From the IMG/VR virus record IMGVR_UViG_3300002835_000132: DNA of 64,000 bases; one strand, 5' to 3'. Origin of the DNA: an uncultured virus (IMG/VR IMGVR_UViG_3300002835_000132). Lineage: Duplodnaviria; Heunggongvirae; Uroviricota; Caudoviricetes. Below the pieces are notes generated by a model. The model was not told where the DNA came from. It ran no database searches and saw nothing but the letters and a program-made list of their open reading frames with translations. Made by a program: the position numbers and the translations under genes. Position 1 is the stretch's first letter. Every line of letters begins with the position of its first letter. This document shows positions 18,507 through 27,401 of this stretch, piece by piece.

Positions 18507-19549
18507 TGCCATTACCAAGAAACATAGTTAAACCAACATTACCATTAGTACCTCAGAAGACATTATCTGCTCGTAGGGAACAGTTGTTGGAGTATATTAA
18601 TGAAGACGGAACTTACTTACCTAAGTCGGTATTACATGCCGATTTGGATAGGGGTATGTTGGATTTTGTTAAGGGAGATTTAGAAGTTATTACTGCGGGT
18701 AAAGTTGTACCCATGGTTGATATTATAATCACAACTCAAAACTGGGCTCAGTATGTTGAGACCGCTTTATTCGTTGATTTAGATTATAACCCTTCACCAC
18801 CATTTATTACTGTAGTGAGAAGTCCTGAAGTAAAGTTTGGAACTAACCCATCGTTACAATACACTATACCAAATAGAAAACAATTTTATTATGCCTCGGT
18901 TCCGACATGGAATGGTAACCAACAAGGTATGGATATCTACACGATACCCCAACCTGTACCTGTAGACATTAATTACAGCGTTAAAATTATTTGTAATAGA
19001 ATGAGAGAACTTAACCAACTGAATAAAGTGGTTATGCAAAAATTCTCATCAAGACAAGCCTATACCTTTATTAAAGGTCAATACGTTCCAATCATAATGA
19101 GTAATGTTTCTGATGAATCACAAATGAGTTTAGATTCAAGAAAGTATTATGTTCAAAGTTATGACTTCACAATGTTAGGTTACTTAATTGACGAAGAGGA
19201 GTTTGAAGTTAAACCAGCAATTGCTCGAGTTGCTCAGATAATGGAACTTGATACTTCAACATTAAGTAGAAGACGTGATAGAAACTTATTAAGTGTTAAT
19301 GAATTTTTATCAAACTTTTTATATGTTGTTGGTAATACAAGTTTAAGTGATGTAGTTCCTTACACCGCGAACTTAACTTGGGCCGATTCCACAAACGTTG
19401 AGTCTTACGATGTTTATATTAACGAAGATTTTTATGGTACCGACGTTCAGAAAATTCAAATAACAACAAACGATGTATTAAGGATTGATATTGTTAAAAC
19501 TGACGACACTCAAGAATCAAATATTAAGTTTGATAATATCTTGGTTTAA
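18506..19549 (+). CDS. Putative tail terminator/sheath stabiliser (T4 gp15-like)
   Basis: PQPVPVDINYSV motif; position immediately before the sheath gene. Confidence 0.55.
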   Translation: MPLPRNIVKPTLPLVPQKTLSARREQLLEYINEDGTYLPKSVLHADLDRGMLDFVKGDLEVITAGKVVPMVDIIITTQNWAQYVETALFVDLDYNPSPPFITVVRSPEVKFGTNPSLQYTIPNRKQFYYASVPTWNGNQQGMDIYTIPQPVPVDINYSVKIICNRMRELNQLNKVVMQKFSSRQAYTFIKGQYVPIIMSNVSDESQMSLDSRKYYVQSYDFTMLGYLIDEEEFEVKPAIARVAQIMELDTSTLSRRRDRNLLSVNEFLSNFLYVVGNTSLSDVVPYTANLTWADSTNVESYDVYINEDFYGTDVQKIQITTNDVLRIDIVKTDDTQESNIKFDNILV

Positions 19550-19707
19550 TCTTCTCCGTAGATATCTTTCTTTTCTTTACACTTGTCGAGTATCAAATTT
19601 TCCAAAAATTTATAAATCTTCATTCCACGTTTCTCACAGTACTTTTTTAGTATTTCGTGTACCTCAGGGTCTATTTTAATGTTCTTGATTTCTTTCTTTG
19701 TTTTCAT
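19546..19707 (-). CDS. 53-aa ribbon-helix-helix-like DNA-binding protein (not in the ORF track)
   Basis: MKTKKEIKNIKIDPEVHEILKKYCEKRGMKIYKFLENLILDKCKEKKDIYGED shows a beta strand (KNIKI), helix, G turn, helix pattern. Confidence 0.7.
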   Translation of the reverse strand: MKTKKEIKNIKIDPEVHEILKKYCEKRGMKIYKFLENLILDKCKEKKDIYGED

Positions 19708-19828
19708 AGGTAGAAAAAAGGTAGAATTTATTCATACCGTTTACAAATACATATTGGAAAGTCAAGTTTTTTGTGGTAGTAATGAATATTTATCAATAAA
19801 ATAAATCTGCAATAGAATTAATTAAATA

Positions 19829-22800
19829 ATGGCAACAGCACAAGCAAATCAAAAAGTTTTTGTATCACCTGGAGTATACACGTCTGAAACGGACTTATCT
19901 TTCGTAGCACAGAGTGTGGGGGTTACAACCTTAGGGTTAGTAGGGGAAACACTTAAAGGTCCTGCCTTTGAACCTGTTTTTATAACTAACTACGACGAGT
20001 TCCAAGCATACTTTGGAGGAACCGAACCAACTAAATTTATCAATACACAAATTCCAAAATACGAAGCGGCCTATATCGCTAAGTCATATTTACAACAATC
20101 TAACCAATTGTTTGTGACAAGAGTGTTAGGTTTGTCGGGATATGATGCGGGTCCATCTTGGAGTATTAGAGTTACTGCCAATGTTGACCCACTAACTATT
20201 GGTCTTATTGCACCAACAGGTGGAACAGTGTTTACTGCAACATTTACAGGAGCATCTTCAGCGAGTACAGTATCGTTTGTTACTGCATTACCAACGGATA
20301 TCCAAAACAATTTAAACGTAGAATATAGATTATCTGATGGTAGTACTTCTACTTACCAACAAGATTTCAATGCTAACTTAAGTGAAATTATTGACGACAC
20401 AACTTTATCTGCAACGACAGTCGCTTTCTATGGTTCAATACCTTCACCTGATTATTGGAATTTAGTAAGTCAGTATTCTAACCAACTTAACGTATTTGGT
20501 TCTGAAAGTAATAACTTAGACACTAACGATTTAAGTTCAGATGCTAACGACCCTTGGTATTATGCAACATTCACTAATGACCCTGATTTAGGAAATGATT
20601 ATGAAGGTTATTCGTTCTACTATAATGTATCTTCATTAACTAATAATAATGACGGTACTTTCACAGGTCAGATAACAGGTGAAGTTTTTAGTTTCACAGG
20701 AACTGCTTATAGCGAATACAACAACATGGTTGTTGCTACATTACGTTCAAGAGGTATCTCATTATATTCTACAAACGCAGAACTTAATCAACACGGACCT
20801 GTTTATGAGGTTGGTATTAATTATACAACTGGAGCTTTTGAACCAAACAATGTTCAATTAATTGCAACAGGTCAATATTCAGGGGTGACTAATTTACCTT
20901 ATGAAGGTTTCTTACTTTCAGGTGTTACTAAAGACGGTGATAGTTTCTCATTTGAAACATCTCTATCTGCTGCTTCTCCTAAGTATTTAACTAAAGTATT
21001 AGGTATTGATAACTTTGGTAAGGCAAGAAACGAAGTTCCTGTATTTGTTGAGGAGATTTATCCTGGTTCTTTGAATTATGCTTACAACCAAGGATATATT
21101 AAAGGTATTAATCCTGAGTTAGTAGCGTTAGATGATGCTAGAAGTCAAAACACTCAGTCAATCGCTTATAAAGTTGAAAAATATCAATCACCTGAAACTC
21201 CGTTCTTAGTATCTGAGTTAAGAGGTAATAAAGTATTCAGATTATTTAAATTCATCTCAATATCTGACGGTGATGCGGCTAACGTTGAAATCAAAATTTC
21301 AATCGCTAACCTATCATTTAATAACATGACATTTGATGTGTTAGTAAGAAACTTCTTTGATACAGATTCAAACCCTGTAGTTATCGAAAAATTCACTAAC
21401 TGTAATATGGACCCTAACTCTAACAACTTCGTTGCTAAGAAAATTGGTTCATCAAACGGTGAATACGCATTAATCTCTAAATTTATAATGGTTGAATTAT
21501 CTGATGAGGCTCCTATCGACGCAATTCCTTGTGGATTCTACGGATACACTCAAAGAGAATATGAGTCAACTGCGAATATTTCACCAGTACCTAAATTTAA
21601 AACTAAATATTATTTCCCAGGTGAGGTTGTTTTAAACCCTCCATTTGGAACAAGTGCAAATGCAACTGAATCTGCGGGTGATATTGTAAGAAGAGCTTAC
21701 TTAGGATTCTCAAGTCAATTTGGTATTGATGAATCATTCTTAACTTATAAAGGTAGACAAAATCCATCAAATTGGGTTGGTTCAGCATTACCTATCGACG
21801 GTCTTGCTTGGAATTACTTAAGTAAAGGATTCCATATGGACTCAGGTGCAACTGTGGTTACAATCGCAAACTCTTTCCAAACAAGTGGTCAAACTGCTTT
21901 TGAATGTGGAGTTGCTGATTTTAGAACAGACCCTGAAAGTCAAGAAAACCCTTACTACTTCATCTACTCAAGAAAATATACATTATGTTTTGCTGGAGGA
22001 TTTGACGGATGGGATGTTTATAGAGAGTTTAGAACTAACCAAGACAGATTCCAATTAGGTTCTAACGGTTACTTAGCAGGTACATCACCTTCATCAAGAT
22101 ACCCAACGGCAAACGGTGAAGGATTATTCAAGAGAATTATTGTACAAAACAATACTCAGGATTTTGCAAACACTGATTACTACGCATACTTACTTGGTAT
22201 CTTAACATTCTCTAACCCTGAAGCTACAAACATTAACGTGTTTGCAACTACAGCAATCGATTATTTTAACAACTCAAACTTAGTTGAGGAAGCAATTGAA
22301 ATGGTACAGTTCCAAAGAGCTGACTCTGTTTACATTGCAACAACTCCTGACTACTTAATGTATACACCAGATGGTACAAATCCTCAAGATATCATCTACC
22401 CACAAGAGGCGGTTGATAACTTAGATAACACAGGAATTGACTCTAACTACACGGCAACCTACTACCCATGGATTTTAGTAAGAGATACTGTAAACAATAC
22501 ACAAATCTACTTACCTCCAACAGGTGAAGTTTGTAGAAACTTAGCGTTAACAGATAACATTGCATTCCCATGGTTCGCATCAGCGGGTTACACAAGAGGT
22601 CTTGTGAACTCAATTAAGGCGAGAACTAAGTTGACTCAAGAAGATAGAGACACATTATACCAAGGTAGAATTAACCCTATCGCAACCTTCTCTGATGTAG
22701 GAACTGTAATTTGGGGTAACAAAACGTTACAAGTTGCTGACACAGCACTTAACAGATTGAACGTAAGAAGATTATTACTTCAAGCTCGTAAGTTGATTTC

Positions 22801-23062
22801 AGCGGTAGCGGTAAGATTATTGTTCGAACAAAACGACCAAATCGTTAGACAACAATTCTTAGACAGTGTTAACCCAATCTTAGATTCAATTAGAAGAGAC
22901 AGAGGTTTATACGACTTCCGTGTAACAGTTTCTTCAACACCTGAAGACTTAGACAGAAACACATTAGTAGGTAAAATCTACTTAAAACCAACGAAAGCGT
23001 TAGAATTCATCGACATTGAATTCTTCATTACTCCGACAGGAGCTTCGTTCGAGAATATTTAA
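19829..23062 (+). CDS. Contractile tail sheath protein
   Basis: SPGVYTSETD N-terminus; YYPW, PWFASAG..RG, INPI, WGNKTL, RLNVRRL and FEQND at the C-terminus. Confidence 0.95.
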   Translation: MATAQANQKVFVSPGVYTSETDLSFVAQSVGVTTLGLVGETLKGPAFEPVFITNYDEFQAYFGGTEPTKFINTQIPKYEAAYIAKSYLQQSNQLFVTRVLGLSGYDAGPSWSIRVTANVDPLTIGLIAPTGGTVFTATFTGASSASTVSFVTALPTDIQNNLNVEYRLSDGSTSTYQQDFNANLSEIIDDTTLSATTVAFYGSIPSPDYWNLVSQYSNQLNVFGSESNNLDTNDLSSDANDPWYYATFTNDPDLGNDYEGYSFYYNVSSLTNNNDGTFTGQITGEVFSFTGTAYSEYNNMVVATLRSRGISLYSTNAELNQHGPVYEVGINYTTGAFEPNNVQLIATGQYSGVTNLPYEGFLLSGVTKDGDSFSFETSLSAASPKYLTKVLGIDNFGKARNEVPVFVEEIYPGSLNYAYNQGYIKGINPELVALDDARSQNTQSIAYKVEKYQSPETPFLVSELRGNKVFRLFKFISISDGDAANVEIKISIANLSFNNMTFDVLVRNFFDTDSNPVVIEKFTNCNMDPNSNNFVAKKIGSSNGEYALISKFIMVELSDEAPIDAIPCGFYGYTQREYESTANISPVPKFKTKYYFPGEVVLNPPFGTSANATESAGDIVRRAYLGFSSQFGIDESFLTYKGRQNPSNWVGSALPIDGLAWNYLSKGFHMDSGATVVTIANSFQTSGQTAFECGVADFRTDPESQENPYYFIYSRKYTLCFAGGFDGWDVYREFRTNQDRFQLGSNGYLAGTSPSSRYPTANGEGLFKRIIVQNNTQDFANTDYYAYLLGILTFSNPEATNINVFATTAIDYFNNSNLVEEAIEMVQFQRADSVYIATTPDYLMYTPDGTNPQDIIYPQEAVDNLDNTGIDSNYTATYYPWILVRDTVNNTQIYLPPTGEVCRNLALTDNIAFPWFASAGYTRGLVNSIKARTKLTQEDRDTLYQGRINPIATFSDVGTVIWGNKTLQVADTALNRLNVRRLLLQARKLISAVAVRLLFEQNDQIVRQQFLDSVNPILDSIRRDRGLYDFRVTVSSTPEDLDRNTLVGKIYLKPTKALEFIDIEFFITPTGASFENI

Positions 23063-23068
23063 TAACAA

Positions 23069-23092
23069 CGGGGGGAATAAACTCCCCCCTTT
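23069..23092 (+). terminator. Hairpin/terminator after the sheath gene
   Basis: ggggga-ataaac-tccccc followed by ttt. Confidence 0.55.
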
Positions 23093-23098
23093 AGCCAA

Positions 23099-23926
23099 AT
23101 GAGAAAAAAATTAACAGAAGGATTTAAAGGTGAAGGTACACCAGACATGAAATATTATGCGTTTGATTGGGACGATAATATTGTTCACATGCCAACAAAG
23201 ATAATTGTCAAAAGTGAAGACGGGGAGGAGATTGGAATGTCGACTGACGATTTTGCGGAACACAGACATCATTTAGGTAAAGAACCTTTTGAATATAAAG
23301 GTGAGACTATTGTAGGTTATGGTGATAAACCATTTAGAAATTTTAAAACTGAAGGCGATAAGGATTTTATAATCGATTCGATGAGGGCTAAAGAAGGTCC
23401 AGCATTCAACGATTTTAGAGAGGCAATCAATAACGGGTCGATTTTTTCTATAATCACCGCGAGAGGTCACAACCCAAACACGCTGAAACAAGCGGTTTAT
23501 AATTACATCATAAATGATTATAATGGTATTAGTAAAGATGAGTTAGTTAAAAACCTTAAAAAATACAGAACGTTTGTGGACGAAGACGATATGAGTGATG
23601 AAGAATTAATCAAAACTTATTTAAACCTCAACAAATACCATCCAGTTTCGTTCGGAGATGAGGCGGGGGCGGTGAATCCTGAAGAAGCCAAGGTAGAAGC
23701 AATGGAAGAGTTTGTAACTTATATTAGAGGACTTGCATCAACTTTAAATAAGAAAGCTTTTTTAAAGAATGATATTAATAATAATTTTATTCCTAGTGAG
23801 CCATCTATAGGCTTTTCAGATGATGACCCTAAGAATATAGAAGTAATGAAAAAACATTTTAAAGATAAACCAGATAATATAGTAAGAACTTATTCTACAG
23901 CTGGAGGCACTAAAAAGGAAGTCTAG
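23099..23926 (+). CDS. HAD-superfamily phosphatase-like protein
   Basis: Motif I FDWDDN, motif II ITARG, motif IV FSDDD. Confidence 0.7.
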   Translation: MRKKLTEGFKGEGTPDMKYYAFDWDDNIVHMPTKIIVKSEDGEEIGMSTDDFAEHRHHLGKEPFEYKGETIVGYGDKPFRNFKTEGDKDFIIDSMRAKEGPAFNDFREAINNGSIFSIITARGHNPNTLKQAVYNYIINDYNGISKDELVKNLKKYRTFVDEDDMSDEELIKTYLNLNKYHPVSFGDEAGAVNPEEAKVEAMEEFVTYIRGLASTLNKKAFLKNDINNNFIPSEPSIGFSDDDPKNIEVMKKHFKDKPDNIVRTYSTAGGTKKEV

Positions 23927-24022
23927 TTAAAGAATACCGTTTTTAAAATTTTAAGTAAATAGAAAAATTTTTCAAACGAGATATATTTATCAATATAAAC
24001 ATAGAAACAAAATTTAAATAAT

Positions 24023-24511
24023 ATGGCTGATTTACTGATGAAAATGCCGATTCCTTATGAACCGAAGAGACAAAATCGATTCATTTTAAGGTTTCCATCA
24101 AGTTTAGGTATTAACGAATGGTTTGTAGAAAGTACTTCTAGACCACACATTACAATAGCTGCGACTGAAATTCCATTCCTGAACACTTCAACTTATGTTG
24201 CGGGTAGATTCAACTGGCAAACAATTAACGTGACCTTCAGAGACCCAATTGGACCGTCAGCGGCACAGGCTCTTATGGAGTGGGTTCGTTTACACGCCGA
24301 GTCAGTAACAGGTCGTATGGGATACGCCGCAGGTTATAAAAAAGACATCGACCTTGAGATGTTGGACCCAACAGGTGTTGTTGTTGAGAAATGGATTATG
24401 TATGGTACATTCTTAACAGATGTTAACTTCAACGCGTTATCTTATTCACAAGATGCTTTAGCAACAATCTCAGCAACGTTGAGAATGGATAGATGTGTGT
24501 TAGTTTACTAA
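24023..24511 (+). CDS. Tail tube protein (T4 gp19-like)
   Basis: YEPKRQNRF, AGR..WQTINVTFRD, YKKD and VVEKW motifs; located after the sheath gene. Confidence 0.9.
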   Translation: MADLLMKMPIPYEPKRQNRFILRFPSSLGINEWFVESTSRPHITIAATEIPFLNTSTYVAGRFNWQTINVTFRDPIGPSAAQALMEWVRLHAESVTGRMGYAAGYKKDIDLEMLDPTGVVVEKWIMYGTFLTDVNFNALSYSQDALATISATLRMDRCVLVY

Positions 24512-24545
24512 TATACTCTTTATAAAAAATCTAGAACAATTATAT

Positions 24546-24583
24546 TTAACCGTAAAGCACATAAACTTTACGGTTAATTTTTT
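24546..24583 (+). terminator. Terminator-like hairpin between the tube and chaperone genes
   Basis: 12-bp stem ttaaccgtaaag / ctttacggttaa followed by a T run. Confidence 0.6.
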
Positions 24584-24585
24584 AT

Positions 24586-25329
24586 ATGGATAATCAATCA
24601 AGAGAATACGGACAAGCGAATTTTTCACTTCCCCATGACGTGGTACCATTACCATCTCAAGGTACATTCTACAAAAACAAAAAGAAATCACTTAAAGTCG
24701 GATATCTGACAGCAACTGATGAGAACTTATTAATGGCGGGTGGTGACGATATGACACCAAATCTTTTAAGAACAAAGATTTATGAACCAGACTTACGTGT
24801 TGAAGACATGTTGGAAGGTGATGTTGAGGCGGTCTTAATTTTCTTAAGGAACACCGCATTCGGTCCTGAAATGGAACTTACTCTAACTGACCCCACAACA
24901 AGAAAACCGTTCAAGACAACAGTCTTATTAGACCAACTGTCGATACTTCAAGGACAGACACCTAATGAGGATGGTACATTTACGGTTTCATTACCAAAGT
25001 CACAATCAACGGTTAAATTAAAACCAATGACTTATGGTGAAATCTTAGAAAATCAAAAAGCATCTGACTATTATCCTGCGGGACGAATAGTACCTAAAGT
25101 CACATTAAGACTTCAAAAAGAAATAATTGAAGTTGACGGAACTACCGATAAGGGCGAAATCGCCAAATTTATAGAATCTATGCCAATTGCGGATTCAAAA
25201 TTCATCCGTAAGTTTATGGAAGAGAATGAACCACGATTGGATATGAAACGAGTTGTTATGACCCCATCAGGAGAAAAACTTACAGTTAATGTAGGTTTCG
25301 GGGTCGACTTTTTTCGTCCTTTCTTCTGA
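24586..25329 (+). CDS. Baseplate hub/tail assembly chaperone (T4 gp26-like)
   Basis: VPLPSQG, GD..AVLIFLR and LPKS motifs with an FF C-terminus; lies between the tube and tape-measure genes. Confidence 0.75.
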   Translation: MDNQSREYGQANFSLPHDVVPLPSQGTFYKNKKKSLKVGYLTATDENLLMAGGDDMTPNLLRTKIYEPDLRVEDMLEGDVEAVLIFLRNTAFGPEMELTLTDPTTRKPFKTTVLLDQLSILQGQTPNEDGTFTVSLPKSQSTVKLKPMTYGEILENQKASDYYPAGRIVPKVTLRLQKEIIEVDGTTDKGEIAKFIESMPIADSKFIRKFMEENEPRLDMKRVVMTPSGEKLTVNVGFGVDFFRPFF

Positions 25330-25468
25330 TTATAGGAAAAGTCAGCTAGACGAGTTCTACTACTTAAACACATTATTAAAGATAACTTATCAAGATTTTT
25401 TAATAATGCCGTTGTTCGCAAGAAAGTATCTTTTAGATAAATGGATTGAAGATAATAAAAAGGACTGA
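25313..25468 (+). CDS. Start-less +1-frame extension of the chaperone (gp51-like/GT-like segment)
   Basis: FVLSSDYRKSQLDEFYYLNTLLKITYQDFLIMPLFARKYLLDKWIEDNKKD; no ATG/GTG/TTG between the in-frame TAG at 25292 and the late MP. Confidence 0.7.
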   Translation, partial: FVLSSDYRKSQLDEFYYLNTLLKITYQDFLIMPLFARKYLLDKWIEDNKKD

Positions 25469-25484
25469 AAACTCAGTCCTTTTG
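25457..25484 (+). terminator. Intrinsic terminator
   Basis: aaaaggactga-aaac-tcagtcctttt, overlapping the stop of the +1-frame ORF. Confidence 0.7.
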
Positions 25485-25513
25485 TATTTATATAGAAACT
25501 AATAACATAGAAT

Positions 25514-27361
25514 ATGGCAGAAACTAATAACCAAAGTGCTGGTCAAATGGGTGAAGAATTGAAGAACGCGGTTAAACTACCCAACGCTCAAGAATTTGCA
25601 GACGCCTTTGAACGAGTAAGTTCTGTTGCCCGAGAGGTTAATAATCTCTTTGGACAAAGTAGAGAAAGAATTGTTGAGTTAAAAACTGAGATAGTTAACT
25701 CTCTACCTGGTATTGCTAGATTGGGAGGAGATGTTGGTGCAGTAGGAGAGACCATTCAATCAATGGCAACCGCCGCTAGACGAAACGTTGTTGAAAACGC
25801 TGCGGATGTTGAAAAACTTTACGCCGCTTCAAAAGTTTTAGGAGCAACTGTGGGAGAAATATCTGAAGGGTTTTTAAATGTTGGGGTTGGATTCGAACAG
25901 ATGGGTAAACAACTCGAAGATTCGGTCAACTATGTTAGAAGTATTGGAGGTAACACTAAACAAGTTATGGATAGTGTTAGGGCCAACATGGACCAAATGA
26001 ACAGATACCAATTTGAAGGTGGAGTTCAAGGGTTAACCAAAATGGCGGCACAAGCATCGATGTTGAGATTCGACATGGGTGAAACATTCAGATTGGCGGA
26101 TAAGGTGTTAACTCCTGAAGGTGCGATTGAAACCGCAGCAGCGTTCCAAAGATTAGGAGTATCAGCAGGGGCATTAGCCGACCCATTTGCATTAATGAAT
26201 CAATCTATTAACGACCCACAAGGTCTGCAGAATAGTTTGGTTGATGTTGCAAAACAATTTAGTTACTTCGACGAAAAAACCAAAACTTTTAAAATTAGTC
26301 CACAAGGAGTTTTAACTCTTAAAGAGATGGAAACTCAGACAGGGGTTAGTGCCAAAGAGATGAGTAAACTAGCCGTTGCCGCAGCTGAGGCAGATAAAAG
26401 AGTTTCAGCAATCGGTTCTGCGGGTTTAAACATTAAAGAAGAAGACAAACAATACGTTGCCAACATTGCCAGAATGGGTGAAGGTGGTGAATACGAAGTT
26501 AAAATTAATGATGATGAAACTAAAAAGTTATCTGAACTTACCCAAGATGAATTTGACAAATTAATCAAAGAACAAAAAGAAGGTCCTAAAACAATGGAAG
26601 AGATTGCAAAATCTCAAATGTCTATTTCTGATGCAATTAAAGGTGATGTTGAAGCCATTAGAGCTGCGATTGTTGGAGGTACAGTAACACAAAAAGATTT
26701 CTTAAGAGGTGCCGAATCAGTTAGAAATGTTTCTACCGCAGTTACAGGTGCGGCATCAAAAAATTTCAGTTCACCTGAAAAAGTAAGAAGTACATTGACA
26801 GAATCGTTTGGTGATATAAAACAGTTATTTAAAGATATTAATAATAAAGACATTAAAACAACTGATGCGATGTCTGATTACTTAACTAAACTTGGTAATC
26901 AAGGAGTTAAGATTCAAGATGGACTTAAAGAAAGTCTTATGAAAACTTTAGAAGAAAGTCGAGGTAAAATTGGGGATGATACCTCTATTGATAAGGCGGC
27001 AAAAGAATTTTTAGATTCGATGATTGGAAGTGCTAAATCAGGTAAAATTCAGGGTACAGACAAAGGAAACATGCCAGTGTCTTCATTAATTGAAGGTACT
27101 AAGTCTACTCAAGTTAAAGAAGCTGCATCAAAAGGAGGAGCTTTCGGTGGTTCTACCTCAAAGGTTAATGTGGATGGAGGTTTCAAAATTGACATTAATT
27201 TTACGGGAATTGCTGGGGATTTAACACCAGCACAAAAAGAACAAATAACTAAGGTACTTGTTGACAAAATGAACACAACTGAAATGAAACAATATATGGT
27301 TAGTGTCAATACTAAAGATAACCCAACAAAGGCACCTACAGGAAAAGTGTTAGGGTCTTAA
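25514..27361 (+). CDS. Tape-measure-like protein
   Basis: Ala/Gly-rich helical sequence positioned after the chaperone gene. Confidence 0.7.
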   Translation: MAETNNQSAGQMGEELKNAVKLPNAQEFADAFERVSSVAREVNNLFGQSRERIVELKTEIVNSLPGIARLGGDVGAVGETIQSMATAARRNVVENAADVEKLYAASKVLGATVGEISEGFLNVGVGFEQMGKQLEDSVNYVRSIGGNTKQVMDSVRANMDQMNRYQFEGGVQGLTKMAAQASMLRFDMGETFRLADKVLTPEGAIETAAAFQRLGVSAGALADPFALMNQSINDPQGLQNSLVDVAKQFSYFDEKTKTFKISPQGVLTLKEMETQTGVSAKEMSKLAVAAAEADKRVSAIGSAGLNIKEEDKQYVANIARMGEGGEYEVKINDDETKKLSELTQDEFDKLIKEQKEGPKTMEEIAKSQMSISDAIKGDVEAIRAAIVGGTVTQKDFLRGAESVRNVSTAVTGAASKNFSSPEKVRSTLTESFGDIKQLFKDINNKDIKTTDAMSDYLTKLGNQGVKIQDGLKESLMKTLEESRGKIGDDTSIDKAAKEFLDSMIGSAKSGKIQGTDKGNMPVSSLIEGTKSTQVKEAASKGGAFGGSTSKVNVDGGFKIDINFTGIAGDLTPAQKEQITKVLVDKMNTTEMKQYMVSVNTKDNPTKAPTGKVLGS

Positions 27362-27401
27362 TAAAAAATAACCCTCAACCTATTTATTAATAAAGATATT
27401 A

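Noticed and set aside
19485..19679. 64-aa plus-strand ORF before the sheath gene
   Set aside because: It is antisense to the more convincing RHH-like ORF and has no protein-like features.
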